A stretch of 64,000 nt of DNA from Turneriella sp. (GCA_965279515.1 CBDIID010000003.1:2496001-2560000); one strand, 5' to 3'; shown: positions 38,932-48,189, counted from the first letter of the stretch. Translations and numbers: made by a program. The notes: a model not told the origin generated them from the sequence alone.

Positions 38932-40008
38932 ATCAAAAAGATCAACACCGTCGCCCTGATTTATGGCGGCCAATCCGGCGAGCATGAAGTCTCGTGCATT
39001 TCGGCCACCTATCTCGAACAGACCATCGCCGAAGCCGGCTTCACGCCCATTGCAGTCTATGTAGACCGTGCGGGTATCTGGCACTGGCAAGACCGTGTGC
39101 ATAAGTTGCCGGCAGAGAACCTCGCAAACCCGGCGACAATTTCACGGCTTGCCAACGGCGTCACATTGCGTTCGGCTTCCAATGCAGTCATACTCGATTT
39201 CGCCTTCCCGATCATCCATGGGCCTGCAGGCGAAGACGGTTCGCTGCAGGGTTACTTTGAGGTTGTAGGATTACCCTATGCGGGAACAGGCGTCGCTTCG
39301 TCGGCAGTCTGTATGGACAAGGCCCTGATGCGCGCGCTTTTCGCCGTCAATGCGATTCCCCAGGTGAGATATTTTACGATCCAGAATCCCCTCAGCGCAG
39401 ACACGCGCGCGCTCGACGAACAGATTATTGCAGCCTTTGGTTATCCGGTCTTTATCAAACCCTGCAACATGGGCAGCTCTGTGGGAGTCCATAAGGTAAA
39501 AGACAAATCGGGCCTCGCAGCCGCGCTCGCCGATGCCGGGCGCTTCGACGACCACCTGCTCTGCGAAGAGGGTTTGAACGTGCGCGAACTCGAGATCGCT
39601 GTCGCGGGTAACTTTCCCCGCTACATCACCTCAGGCGTGGGTGAAATTCAGGTACACCACGAATTCTATTCGTATGAGGCCAAATACCTCGACCCCAAGG
39701 GCGCGGATCTCTTCCTGAAGGCGCCGATTTCGGACGAGATGGAACGCCAGATCCAGGCGCTTGCGGCAAAGGCTTTTTCCGCAGTGCGCGGCGACGGCTT
39801 TGCGCGCATCGATTTTTTTCTCGATAAAGATTCGGGAAAGCTCTATCTCAATGAAATCAATACCCTGCCGGGTTTCACTCCCATCAGCATGTTCCCCCAG
39901 CTCTTCAAGGCCGCCGGTGAATCGGGCGCCTCGATCACCCGCAAGATTATCGACTGGGGAGCCGAACGCTGCGCACGGCTGATGAGCCTGCGCGCCTCAG
40001 CGCGCTAG
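38932..40008 (+). CDS. ddl: D-alanine--D-alanine ligase (start uncertain, ATC/ATT proposed)
   Basis: In-frame ALIYGGQSGEHEVS upstream of the ORF-track start; HGPAGEDG, KP...GSSVG, YSYEAKY, NEINTLPGFT. Confidence 0.92.
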   Translation: MKKINTVALIYGGQSGEHEVSCISATYLEQTIAEAGFTPIAVYVDRAGIWHWQDRVHKLPAENLANPATISRLANGVTLRSASNAVILDFAFPIIHGPAGEDGSLQGYFEVVGLPYAGTGVASSAVCMDKALMRALFAVNAIPQVRYFTIQNPLSADTRALDEQIIAAFGYPVFIKPCNMGSSVGVHKVKDKSGLAAALADAGRFDDHLLCEEGLNVRELEIAVAGNFPRYITSGVGEIQVHHEFYSYEAKYLDPKGADLFLKAPISDEMERQIQALAAKAFSAVRGDGFARIDFFLDKDSGKLYLNEINTLPGFTPISMFPQLFKAAGESGASITRKIIDWGAERCARLMSLRASAR

Positions 40009-40009
40009 C

Positions 40010-40354
40010 ATGGCGGGGCAGTTCACACTTTCATACCATTACTTCAGGCAACGCGACAGCCGCAACCACCTCGAACTTTTCCTGGATACCGACGGGATAT
40101 CCCCCTTGCAGACCTGGCGTTGTTTTGAGGGCAAGGCGCGCCGGCGACGTTTTGTTGCCGCACCCGATCACCGCCGGGTTTACCTCACCTTTTCGGGCGC
40201 GGTGAGCGAAAACCGCGGGCGCCTGCGTATTCTGCGCAAAGGGAAATTCATTGACCGAAGGACAGGAGGTCTGTGGTCATCGGGTGGCATGGATGCCACT
40301 CTTACCGATGACCGAAGGACAAGACGCGGCGACGCCATCATGGTAGGCTTATGA
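40010..40354 (+). CDS. Small protein resembling stand-alone LigD 3'-phosphoesterase-like domains
   Basis: HLELFL...LQTW...PDHRRVYL.FSG.VS.NRG pattern. Confidence 0.45.
   Translation: MAGQFTLSYHYFRQRDSRNHLELFLDTDGISPLQTWRCFEGKARRRRFVAAPDHRRVYLTFSGAVSENRGRLRILRKGKFIDRRTGGLWSSGGMDATLTDDRRTRRGDAIMVGL
40252..40321 (+). repeat. GGA-loop double-hairpin element, copy C, in-frame in a CDS
   Basis: gac-AGGAG-gtc tgt ggtcatcgg-gtggc-ATGGAT-gccac-TCTTA-ccgatgacc; 13-bp direct repeat tgaccgaaggaca at 40252 and 40309. Confidence 0.8.
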
Positions 40355-40743
40355 GCGAATCGCGCGTACCGGAAATTCCCTTGCCGCGGCCCTTTCTGCG
40401 GGTGATCTCTGAAGAGAAAGTCACACGCGACGATGTGGAGCGCGTGCGCAAGGGGTTGCAACAGCGGATCGAAGGCCTTGAGGTCGAGCTCAGGCGCGAA
40501 AAGGAACTCACGAAAAAACTGGAAAAATCCGGGCAGGTTTTGCAGGAAATTCTGACATCCCCCGATTTTAAGGCACTGACGGCCAAGGCGCGCGAGAGCG
40601 GCCCCGCGACCGAAATCGCCACCCCGTCATCCGTAGCGCACATCGATGAGCCGCCGATCGAATATGTCGAGGTTACAGAAATCGAATTAACCGACGCCGA
40701 AGTCAAGAGCCTCGAAGCGCCGCCGCCGAAAAAACCTCAATGA
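40351..40743 (+). CDS. Hypothetical coiled-coil protein
   Basis: Coupled start/stop with both neighbours; heptad-rich. Confidence 0.65.
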   Translation: MSESRVPEIPLPRPFLRVISEEKVTRDDVERVRKGLQQRIEGLEVELRREKELTKKLEKSGQVLQEILTSPDFKALTAKARESGPATEIATPSSVAHIDEPPIEYVEVTEIELTDAEVKSLEAPPPKKPQ

Positions 40744-41453
40744 AAAAACTGATTCTCATCGCCCTGCTGGCTGTTATGCCTGGTTTGAACTATGCTGCTG
40801 AAGCGCCGCCAGCGCCCGACGATGCCGTTGAGGATGGCTTTCTGGCCATCGAGGGCGGCTTAGGCTACAACACCTACGAGACCAGCCAGTATCTGCGGAC
40901 GCCGATGTTTTTTACCGGCAGTTCAGCGCAGCGTGAAATCGCCACGCGGCTTTTACTGCTGTCAGATATCGGCCACGCCGCGGATTATTTTTCAGGTAAC
41001 AATGGCTTTCTGAAACCCAATGGAATTTATCTTTTCAATTTTGGCCTGCTCGACATCGACTATCTGTCGTGGTCTGGCAAAAAATGGGCCGTGGGTTTTG
41101 GCCTGGGCCTCGCGCACCAGGGATTTTTGATCTCGGGCGCCGATAAGGGGGCCCATGCTCTCACGCTGCGCCTGCGCGGCCAGGGCTTTGTTTATTGGTG
41201 GGATTATCTCGCAACGCAGGCGGTGATTACCCTACCCGTAGCGATCTACCAGTCGGTGACTGACGAGTTCAGGCTCATCCATGGCGAATTTAACATACTC
41301 TTCGATTTCAAGGGCCGCGTCAAAAACCCGGAACCGCAATCCTTCATGTTCTCCGCATCGCTGCATTACGATTATATCCACCTGAACCATCCTATCCGCA
41401 TGTATACGCAGCATGAACTGACTCCAATGCTCAAGGTGATGGTACTTTACTAA
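40740..41453 (+). CDS. Exported hypothetical protein, possible small beta-barrel
   Basis: Signal peptide; alternating aromatic strands; C-terminal Tyr. Confidence 0.65.
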   Translation: MKKLILIALLAVMPGLNYAAEAPPAPDDAVEDGFLAIEGGLGYNTYETSQYLRTPMFFTGSSAQREIATRLLLLSDIGHAADYFSGNNGFLKPNGIYLFNFGLLDIDYLSWSGKKWAVGFGLGLAHQGFLISGADKGAHALTLRLRGQGFVYWWDYLATQAVITLPVAIYQSVTDEFRLIHGEFNILFDFKGRVKNPEPQSFMFSASLHYDYIHLNHPIRMYTQHELTPMLKVMVLY

Positions 41454-42139
41454 TGGCAGCAAATACAGACCAGTTAATCGTCGCACTCGATGTGCCTGAT
41501 GCAGCAGAGGCGATGCAGCTTGTCGATACCCTCGGCGACGCGGTGCATTTTTACAAAGTGGGTATGCAACTCTACTTTGCCGAGGGCAATGGTTTCGTGC
41601 GGCAGCTGAAAGACCGCGGCAAAAAGATCTTTCTCGATCTCAAGATCAACGACATCCCTGAAACGGTGGCAAAAGCCGTAGAGTCGGTGACACGGCTCGA
41701 GGTGGATTACCTCACGCTCTTCACGGCGGCAGCCCAGATCAAGGCGGCGCGCGAGGTGTTGACGCGCCTCGGTTCGCCGCTGAAACTTTTGAACGTGACT
41801 GTGCTCACGAGCGAAATCAGTGATTTCACCTCCGTCAAAGTACGCGCAGAGCTCTCGCTGGAAGCCGGTGCACACGGCCTCATCTGTTCGGGCCGCGAAA
41901 CGCGCGAACTGCGCCAGCTCTACGGTGCGCAGCCGATTCTCGTCAATCCTGGCATTCGCCCCCTGGGCGGCAGTGACGACGACCAGATACGCATCGTCAC
42001 CCCGACGATGGCAATCGAATCCGGCGCGACAAACATCGTCGTCGGTCGGCCGATTACCCGTGCAGCCGACCCACGTGCTGCAGCCGAGGCGATTGTTGCC
42101 GAGATCACCGCGGCGCTGGAAAATCCTCCGCCCCGATGA
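41453..42139 (+). CDS. pyrF: Orotidine-5'-phosphate decarboxylase
   Basis: IVALD, YKVG, FLDLKINDIPET, PGIRP, VVGRPI. Confidence 0.93.
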   Translation: MAANTDQLIVALDVPDAAEAMQLVDTLGDAVHFYKVGMQLYFAEGNGFVRQLKDRGKKIFLDLKINDIPETVAKAVESVTRLEVDYLTLFTAAAQIKAAREVLTRLGSPLKLLNVTVLTSEISDFTSVKVRAELSLEAGAHGLICSGRETRELRQLYGAQPILVNPGIRPLGGSDDDQIRIVTPTMAIESGATNIVVGRPITRAADPRAAAEAIVAEITAALENPPPR

Positions 42140-43107
42140 AAACACTCATAGACAAAATCGGAAAATCCCGCGTCGTGCTCTCGCCCATGGCGGGTTTTTC
42201 GGACTCGCCCTACCGCAAACTCTGCCGCCGCATGGGTTCGGCGATGAGCATCAGTGAATTCGTGTCCACCGAACACCTGTTCCGTTCAAACCCCAAAGCG
42301 ATCGCGCTGTTCCGCTACGAAGAGGTCGAGCGCCCCGTTATCTTCCAGATTTTTGGCAACAACCCCGACATCATTCTGCGCGGCGTCAGCCGGGTGCTAC
42401 ACCTGAAGCCCGACGGTATCGATCTCAACATGGGCTGCTCGGTAAAAACCGTCTCGGGCAGTGGCTCGGGTGCCGGTCTTTTGTTATGCCCGGCCAAAAC
42501 ACAGGAGATCATCCGCCGGCTGATCGCAGAAACGGGCCTGCCGGTTTCGGCAAAGATCCGCCTCGGCTGGGACCACCAGAATCTGAATTATATGGATATT
42601 AGCGCGATGCTCGAAAGCGAAGGCGTCTGGGCGATCGCGGTGCATGGCCGCACCCGGCAGATGGCATACACGGGCCGCGCCGACTGGGATAAGATCGGCG
42701 AGATCGCGCAGGCAAGAAAAATTCCCGTCTTCGGCAACGGCGATGTGACGTCTTATGCAGAGGCGATGGAGAAGATCAAAACCTATGGCGTGTACGGCGT
42801 CTATATCGGCCGCGGCGCAATCGGCAACCCGTGGATTTTCAGCGGCATCGACCGCGACCGCCTGGGTTACAATGAACGTTTACCGATGATACTCGCCCAC
42901 CTGAACGACATGGCGGCATTTTATGGCGATGAAGCGGCAGCGATTTTAATGCGCAAACATCTTACACAGTACCTGCGCAATTTGCCGCAATGGCAAGAGA
43001 TGAAAGGCCAAGCATACCAGTTTAAATCGGCAGAGCGTCTCGCTGAATTCCTGCACGCGGGCCGCGACGCAGAAGCCCCTGCCCCCTATCTGGCTCAAGC
43101 GGTTTAA
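42136..43107 (+). CDS. dusB: tRNA-dihydrouridine synthase (DusB-like)
   Basis: LSPMAG, DLNMGC, SAKIRLG, HGRT, NGDV, GRGAIGNPW. Confidence 0.85.
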   Translation: MKTLIDKIGKSRVVLSPMAGFSDSPYRKLCRRMGSAMSISEFVSTEHLFRSNPKAIALFRYEEVERPVIFQIFGNNPDIILRGVSRVLHLKPDGIDLNMGCSVKTVSGSGSGAGLLLCPAKTQEIIRRLIAETGLPVSAKIRLGWDHQNLNYMDISAMLESEGVWAIAVHGRTRQMAYTGRADWDKIGEIAQARKIPVFGNGDVTSYAEAMEKIKTYGVYGVYIGRGAIGNPWIFSGIDRDRLGYNERLPMILAHLNDMAAFYGDEAAAILMRKHLTQYLRNLPQWQEMKGQAYQFKSAERLAEFLHAGRDAEAPAPYLAQAV

Positions 43108-45140
43108 ACCGCGACTTCTTCGGCCTCTTCGACACCTTCTACAGTTGTCAGCTCCTTGAGAATGTTGTCGAGGTGCTCGTCTGAATCTACCTCAATGATG
43201 AATTTGTCGCGTATGTGACCGACCTGCGAGGTCGTCGCATTCGCTTCAATGATATTCGCCCCGCTCTGCGCGAGCTGTTTGACGATGTCGAGGTAGATCT
43301 GCGGGCGATCGATACCCCGGATCTCGATGGAGGCCTGCCGGCCCGTATTATGGCCGACCCATTTGAGCGGAATCAAGCGTTCTGCCTGGTCGGGTTGTGC
43401 GCTGAGGTCAGCCAAAGAGGGGCAGCCCTTTTTGTGGACCGAAATGACGCCCAGCCTCGAGATAAAGCCGGCGATGCTGTCGGGCGGTGCCGGCTCGCAG
43501 CACTGCGCATATTTTACCTCGACGTCGGTCTCGCCCTTCCAGTCGATTTTTCGCAGGCCCGGTTGTTCGGTGACGACGGCGCCGAGTTTCTCTGCCCGCG
43601 GCGGCCGCTGCTGCTTATTCTCGGGAGTTTTCTTTTCGTTTTCAATCAGCCGCTCGGCGATCGAGGCATCTTGTTTACGGAAATAGCTTTTCAGCTTCGC
43701 GCGCGCATGCGGGGTTTTGAGAAAATTGAGCCAGTTCAAGGACGGCTTCACACTGCTGTTCGAGATAATTTCGATCTGGTCGCCGTTCTTGAGGGGAGTG
43801 CGTATACTGACAAGGCGATCACCGATCTTGGCACCGGCGCATCTCAACCCGATATCGGTGTGGATACGGAAGGCAAAATCGAGTACAGTCGAATTCTCGG
43901 CCATAGTAAAAATCTTACCTTTGGGTGAGATGACATAGACTTCATTCGCCTGGCTGAGGTTCGAAACGAGTTCCTGGTAGAACTCCCCCGAATCGGACTC
44001 GTCGTCCGAGATCGCCATGTTCTGCAGTTCGAAAAACTGCGTCTCGAATGCCTTCGAATCGGGTTGTTTTTCTTTATACGCCCAGTGCGAGGCGATACCA
44101 AATTCCGAAATGCGGTGCATGGTCCAGGTACGAATCTGCACCTCGATGCTCTGCCCGCCGGGGCCGATCACCGTAGTGTGCAAACTCTGGTAACCGTTGG
44201 ATTTAGGCACAGAGATATAGTCTTTGAAGCGCCCGGGAATCGGCGTCCAGAGCGTGTGCACAAGGCCGAGAACCGAATAACAATCCTGTACTTCGTTGAC
44301 GAGTACGCGCACACCCGTCAGGTCATAGATCTCTTCGAAATTCTTTTTCTGCTCCTGCATTTTGTTGTAGATCGAGTAGAAGTGTTTCGAGCGGCCTTCG
44401 ACAGTCGCCTTGATCTTCGAATCTTTGAGATGCTGGTTGAGCAGCGACATCACCATCGCCACGCGGCCGTCGCGCTGTGTCTTTTTCTCGGCGACCTGGT
44501 CTTTGATGCTGGCGTAGGTGGTGCGGTCGAGATGGTAGAGCGCTAGGTCTTCGAGTTCAGACTTGATTTTGTAGATACCCAGGCGCCCGGCGAGCGGCGC
44601 ATAGATTTCGAGCACCTCGCGCGCGATCTGCATGCCCTTATTGGTGGCATGGAAACCCAGCGTGCGCATGTTATGCAGCTTGTCGGCGAGCTTGATGAGA
44701 ATGACCCGGCTGTCGCGCACGGTCGCCATGATCATTTTACGGATATTGATCGCCTGCTTATTCTCGGCGCTTTGGTTTTTCAGGACTGAAATCTTCGTCA
44801 CCGACTCGACCAGATAGGTGATGGTGTCGCCGAATTCCTGCCGCATGTAATCCGGCTTAATGAAGGTATCTTCAAGCACGTCGTGCAAGAGGCCCGCACA
44901 GATGACCTCGTGGTCGAGGCCCAGGTCGGCGAGCGTATGCGCCACGGCGAGGGGATGGATGATGTAGGGCTCGCCCGAAAGCCGTTTCTGGAATTTATGG
45001 CCGTCTTCGGCGAGCAGGTAGGCCTTTTTGACCAACGCCTTCTGCGCCCGGGTGACATACGAGGGCATGCGGGATAGCAGGGTGTTCAAAGTCTGCGTTT
45101 CAGAAGCAGGCTGGCTGCGAAGGAGTGATGGCATCGCCAT
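43104..45140 (-). CDS. rel: Bifunctional (p)ppGpp synthetase/hydrolase Rel (HD-SYNTH-TGS-ACT)
   Basis: SGEPYIIHP, LHDVLED, KLADKLHNMRT, RFKDY, NGYQSLHT, EVQIRT. Confidence 0.93.
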   Translation of the reverse strand: MAMPSLLRSQPASETQTLNTLLSRMPSYVTRAQKALVKKAYLLAEDGHKFQKRLSGEPYIIHPLAVAHTLADLGLDHEVICAGLLHDVLEDTFIKPDYMRQEFGDTITYLVESVTKISVLKNQSAENKQAINIRKMIMATVRDSRVILIKLADKLHNMRTLGFHATNKGMQIAREVLEIYAPLAGRLGIYKIKSELEDLALYHLDRTTYASIKDQVAEKKTQRDGRVAMVMSLLNQHLKDSKIKATVEGRSKHFYSIYNKMQEQKKNFEEIYDLTGVRVLVNEVQDCYSVLGLVHTLWTPIPGRFKDYISVPKSNGYQSLHTTVIGPGGQSIEVQIRTWTMHRISEFGIASHWAYKEKQPDSKAFETQFFELQNMAISDDESDSGEFYQELVSNLSQANEVYVISPKGKIFTMAENSTVLDFAFRIHTDIGLRCAGAKIGDRLVSIRTPLKNGDQIEIISNSSVKPSLNWLNFLKTPHARAKLKSYFRKQDASIAERLIENEKKTPENKQQRPPRAEKLGAVVTEQPGLRKIDWKGETDVEVKYAQCCEPAPPDSIAGFISRLGVISVHKKGCPSLADLSAQPDQAERLIPLKWVGHNTGRQASIEIRGIDRPQIYLDIVKQLAQSGANIIEANATTSQVGHIRDKFIIEVDSDEHLDNILKELTTVEGVEEAEEVAV

Positions 45141-45267
45141 AGGTACAAAATAATCAGCGGCACACGGCACATCCAATAAAAAGACCCCAATTCTTATGCT
45201 TTACGCTGCGCAAAATACGCCGATATTAATGACAGGGGCATGGCAGGCCAATCGCCCTGAGTTTACC

Positions 45268-46815
45268 ATGCTTTATTTAGCCGTTCTGAGCTTCGTCGTA
45301 CTGATTGCGCTTCTTGCGTGGCTGCTGACGCTGCGCAAAAGCAATCCCTTTCACCTCGTGCAGCGGCTCATGGATGAGGGCAAATATGACGAAGCGGTAC
45401 TGAAACTGACCGCGATGTCTGAAGATGTGGATCTCGCCCCGCGCTCTTATATCTATCTCGCCGAATGCCATGAGCAGCTGGGCGCGAAGGACCTCGCCCG
45501 TACCTGCTACCGCAAAGCCATCGATTCGGGGGCTTTTGACGATAAGGACCGCGAGGTCGAAATCTTCAAGAAGATCGCCGAAATTTTCCGCGAAGAAGGG
45601 GATATCGAAGGTTTTTTCGAGACCTGCCTCGAGATTCTGCGGCTCAACCCTGACGACGAACTGGCAAACCAGGAAGTCGGAATCATTGCGTTGGGCGACG
45701 GCCACTTTGCAATTGCGGAAACATACCTGAAGGCGGCCATGCAGGCAAGCGACGACCCGCAACTGACACTCGCTTTTGCGGTGACGCAGTGGCAGCTGGG
45801 TGAAAAAGAAAGCGCCATGTCGATCATGGAAAAGCTGCTCGCCGAAGGCGACGCAGAGCAGCCGAACAACCTGCTCTATGCGACGATGGCAACCTATGGC
45901 CCCCACATCGCGCGGGGCAAGCAGGTGACGCTGAAGCTGATCGAAAACACGAATGACCAGAACGTGCGCCAGTTGCTTTTCAATATCTATCTCTTCCAGT
46001 GCTACCAGTCAAAAGCCCTGCGCGAAGCGCTGGAATTTCTGAAAAAGCAGAGCGAAGCCAACACCCTGCCGACGGAAAAAAAACGCGAGTACCAGTACCT
46101 GCTGCTGATTCTCTACCTGAACGAGGAAATGTTTCTCGAAGCTTCGCGGCTCTACCGCGACCTCGACGACGAAGACCATAGCTACCGGGACATGAAACAC
46201 CTCAAGATTTTCATCGATCAGATCGACCTGAATCCGCATGCGGAGAACCTGAAGCCTTTTAAGCAGATTCTGAAAGACAACTTCGAACCGCTGCTCATCA
46301 GCGACCTGACCTACGCTATTTCCGGCTTCCGCAAAAACCGCGGCATCCAGTTTACGAAATTCTTCGACATGGGTTCGGCGCGGCCCTCGCTCAAGGTTGA
46401 ATACGACGTCATGACGCCCGAAAAAGGCGCCGACCTTTTCATGTCGATGATGCCTGAAGAATTCCAGAAATTCGTGCTCTATATCATCACCAACCTCGAA
46501 TATAACGAACCGGTCAAAGAGGCATCGGGTGAGAAGGATCTCGTGCTCTACTCGGCGATTTCCTCGAAGAGCAAGTCGATCCGCGCGCTGTTTGCCTTTT
46601 ACCGCTTACGCACCGGCGCACATATCAGCGACATCTCTGTGCGCAATTTACAGAATAAAATGCAATCGCTGAAGGCCGACAAGACCTATATTATTTCAAG
46701 CGCTCAGCTGACAGAGGGAGCTCTCAACGTACTCGCGGGCGAACCGTCGCTGAAACAATTCGATGCCGACCATTTGGCCGAATGGCTGCACGATTTTTAT
46801 AAAACCCGGCGTTAA
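45268..46815 (+). CDS. Membrane-anchored TPR protein with a degenerate Mrr-like C-terminal domain
   Basis: N-terminal TM, TPR helices, EEFQKFV...ISDISVRNL...IISSAQLTEGA...DADHL. Confidence 0.65.
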   Translation: MLYLAVLSFVVLIALLAWLLTLRKSNPFHLVQRLMDEGKYDEAVLKLTAMSEDVDLAPRSYIYLAECHEQLGAKDLARTCYRKAIDSGAFDDKDREVEIFKKIAEIFREEGDIEGFFETCLEILRLNPDDELANQEVGIIALGDGHFAIAETYLKAAMQASDDPQLTLAFAVTQWQLGEKESAMSIMEKLLAEGDAEQPNNLLYATMATYGPHIARGKQVTLKLIENTNDQNVRQLLFNIYLFQCYQSKALREALEFLKKQSEANTLPTEKKREYQYLLLILYLNEEMFLEASRLYRDLDDEDHSYRDMKHLKIFIDQIDLNPHAENLKPFKQILKDNFEPLLISDLTYAISGFRKNRGIQFTKFFDMGSARPSLKVEYDVMTPEKGADLFMSMMPEEFQKFVLYIITNLEYNEPVKEASGEKDLVLYSAISSKSKSIRALFAFYRLRTGAHISDISVRNLQNKMQSLKADKTYIISSAQLTEGALNVLAGEPSLKQFDADHLAEWLHDFYKTRR

Positions 46816-46864
46816 GTTCAGGCATGCGCGGCGGGGGGAATAGTGCCCCACGCCCTAAAAAGAT

Positions 46865-46899
46865 TTGCCACCTCAACAAATATGTTATAGTATACTTGT
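46865..46899 (+). promoter_or_regulatory. Promoter/operator of the second vapBC
   Basis: TTGCCA-17 nt-TAGTAT, ATG 6 nt later; imperfect inverted repeat acaaatat/atacttgt. Confidence 0.55.
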
Positions 46900-47133
46900 A
46901 TGCCGCAACTGTCCCTGTACTTAGACAACGCGACCCTGAAAGCCGTAGAAACCAAAGCCAAAGCCCGAAAAATCTCCATTTCTAAGTACGTGAAAGAAGC
47001 CATTGAAAAAGACATTCATTCAAATTGGCCTAAAGACTATTTTACTCTTTTTGGCTCAATCCAGGATGTAAAATTTAAGCGTCCAAAAGAACTTAAATTC
47101 GAGTCCGACCGGATCAAAACCCGACTTGAATGA
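46900..47133 (+). CDS. vapB: RHH antitoxin
   Basis: MPQLSLYLD...SISKYV; ATGA overlap with a PIN gene. Confidence 0.8.
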   Translation: MPQLSLYLDNATLKAVETKAKARKISISKYVKEAIEKDIHSNWPKDYFTLFGSIQDVKFKRPKELKFESDRIKTRLE

Positions 47134-47522
47134 TATTCCTGGATTCAGATATTTGCATCCACTTCTTAAATGGCAAGGATGCCGATCTCATTAAGAAATT
47201 CCAGGCTAAATCTCCAACAGACCTGAAAATAGCGGCGATTGTTCAGGCAGAACTACTATTCGGCGTTGCAAATAGTAAGAAGATCCGCGAAAACGGTTCG
47301 AGGCTTGCTAAATTTCTTGAGCCCTACGAAATCATAAATTTTGATAGCCGGGCAGCTTCAATTTACGCGCAAATCCGTTTTGAACTCATGAAAAAAGGCA
47401 CCCTAATCGGACCGAATGACCTGATATTAGCGGCGACAGTTATCGCAAATCAAGGCTCTCTGGCAACTCGGAACATCGGTGAGTTTAAGCGATTAGAAAA
47501 TCTAAAAATTGAAGTTTGGTAG
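47130..47522 (+). CDS. vapC: VapC PIN-domain toxin
   Basis: FLDSDICI, AELLFG, IGPNDLILAA, TRNIGEF. Confidence 0.92.
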   Translation: MIFLDSDICIHFLNGKDADLIKKFQAKSPTDLKIAAIVQAELLFGVANSKKIRENGSRLAKFLEPYEIINFDSRAASIYAQIRFELMKKGTLIGPNDLILAATVIANQGSLATRNIGEFKRLENLKIEVW

Positions 47523-47523
47523 T

Positions 47524-48189
47524 TCACGCAAGCTTTTGATCCTGATCTTCGGGTAATCCCAGCATACCGCGCAGCCAAAGCACAAGGCGCAGCGCGCCGT
47601 AAGCAAAGAACGGAGCAACAATGACATCCACCGTGTAATGCACGCGCTGTGCAACGAGACAAGCCCCCATCACCAGGGCGGCGAGAAAAGCGAGCTTGCG
47701 GTAGATGCCATAGGGCAGCATGAGATAGACAAGGTACATGGTGGCGGTATGCCCCGAAAAGAACAGGTCTTTGTTCACCTGCTTACCCGCGTACATAAAA
47801 CCCAAAATTGGATCGACAAGTGGAATGAGACCGATGGGCGGCTCGAGCGGAACCAGTGACATGGTAATCATACGCAATATGACAAAAACTGCGTAGGCCT
47901 CGAAACCAATCACGAGACGTGCAGGCGAAGGTAACAGAAAGACAAAACCGGCAATTAAAGCGGAATAAATAATCAGGAAGATCGTGCTGCTGAGGTCACG
48001 CGCAGGCAAGACATTGAGGATCGGGTCATTGAGCTGGACTCCGGGGCGCAGGTCAATCTGCGTCAGAAACGGTACCGAGCTGAACATGACGCCGGCAAGG
48101 ACAACGGCCGCTATGAGAAATTCATAGCGGTGATCCGGTCTTTTCCAATAATCGAGCCAACTTGCCTTGATGCGTGCCATGTACTTCAC
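47524..48189 (-). CDS. PAP2-related, sphingomyelin-synthase-like membrane protein
   Basis: DLFFSGHT and HYTVDV motifs; about 6 TMs. Confidence 0.8.
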   Translation of the reverse strand: MKYMARIKASWLDYWKRPDHRYEFLIAAVVLAGVMFSSVPFLTQIDLRPGVQLNDPILNVLPARDLSSTIFLIIYSALIAGFVFLLPSPARLVIGFEAYAVFVILRMITMSLVPLEPPIGLIPLVDPILGFMYAGKQVNKDLFFSGHTATMYLVYLMLPYGIYRKLAFLAALVMGACLVAQRVHYTVDVIVAPFFAYGALRLVLWLRGMLGLPEDQDQKLA

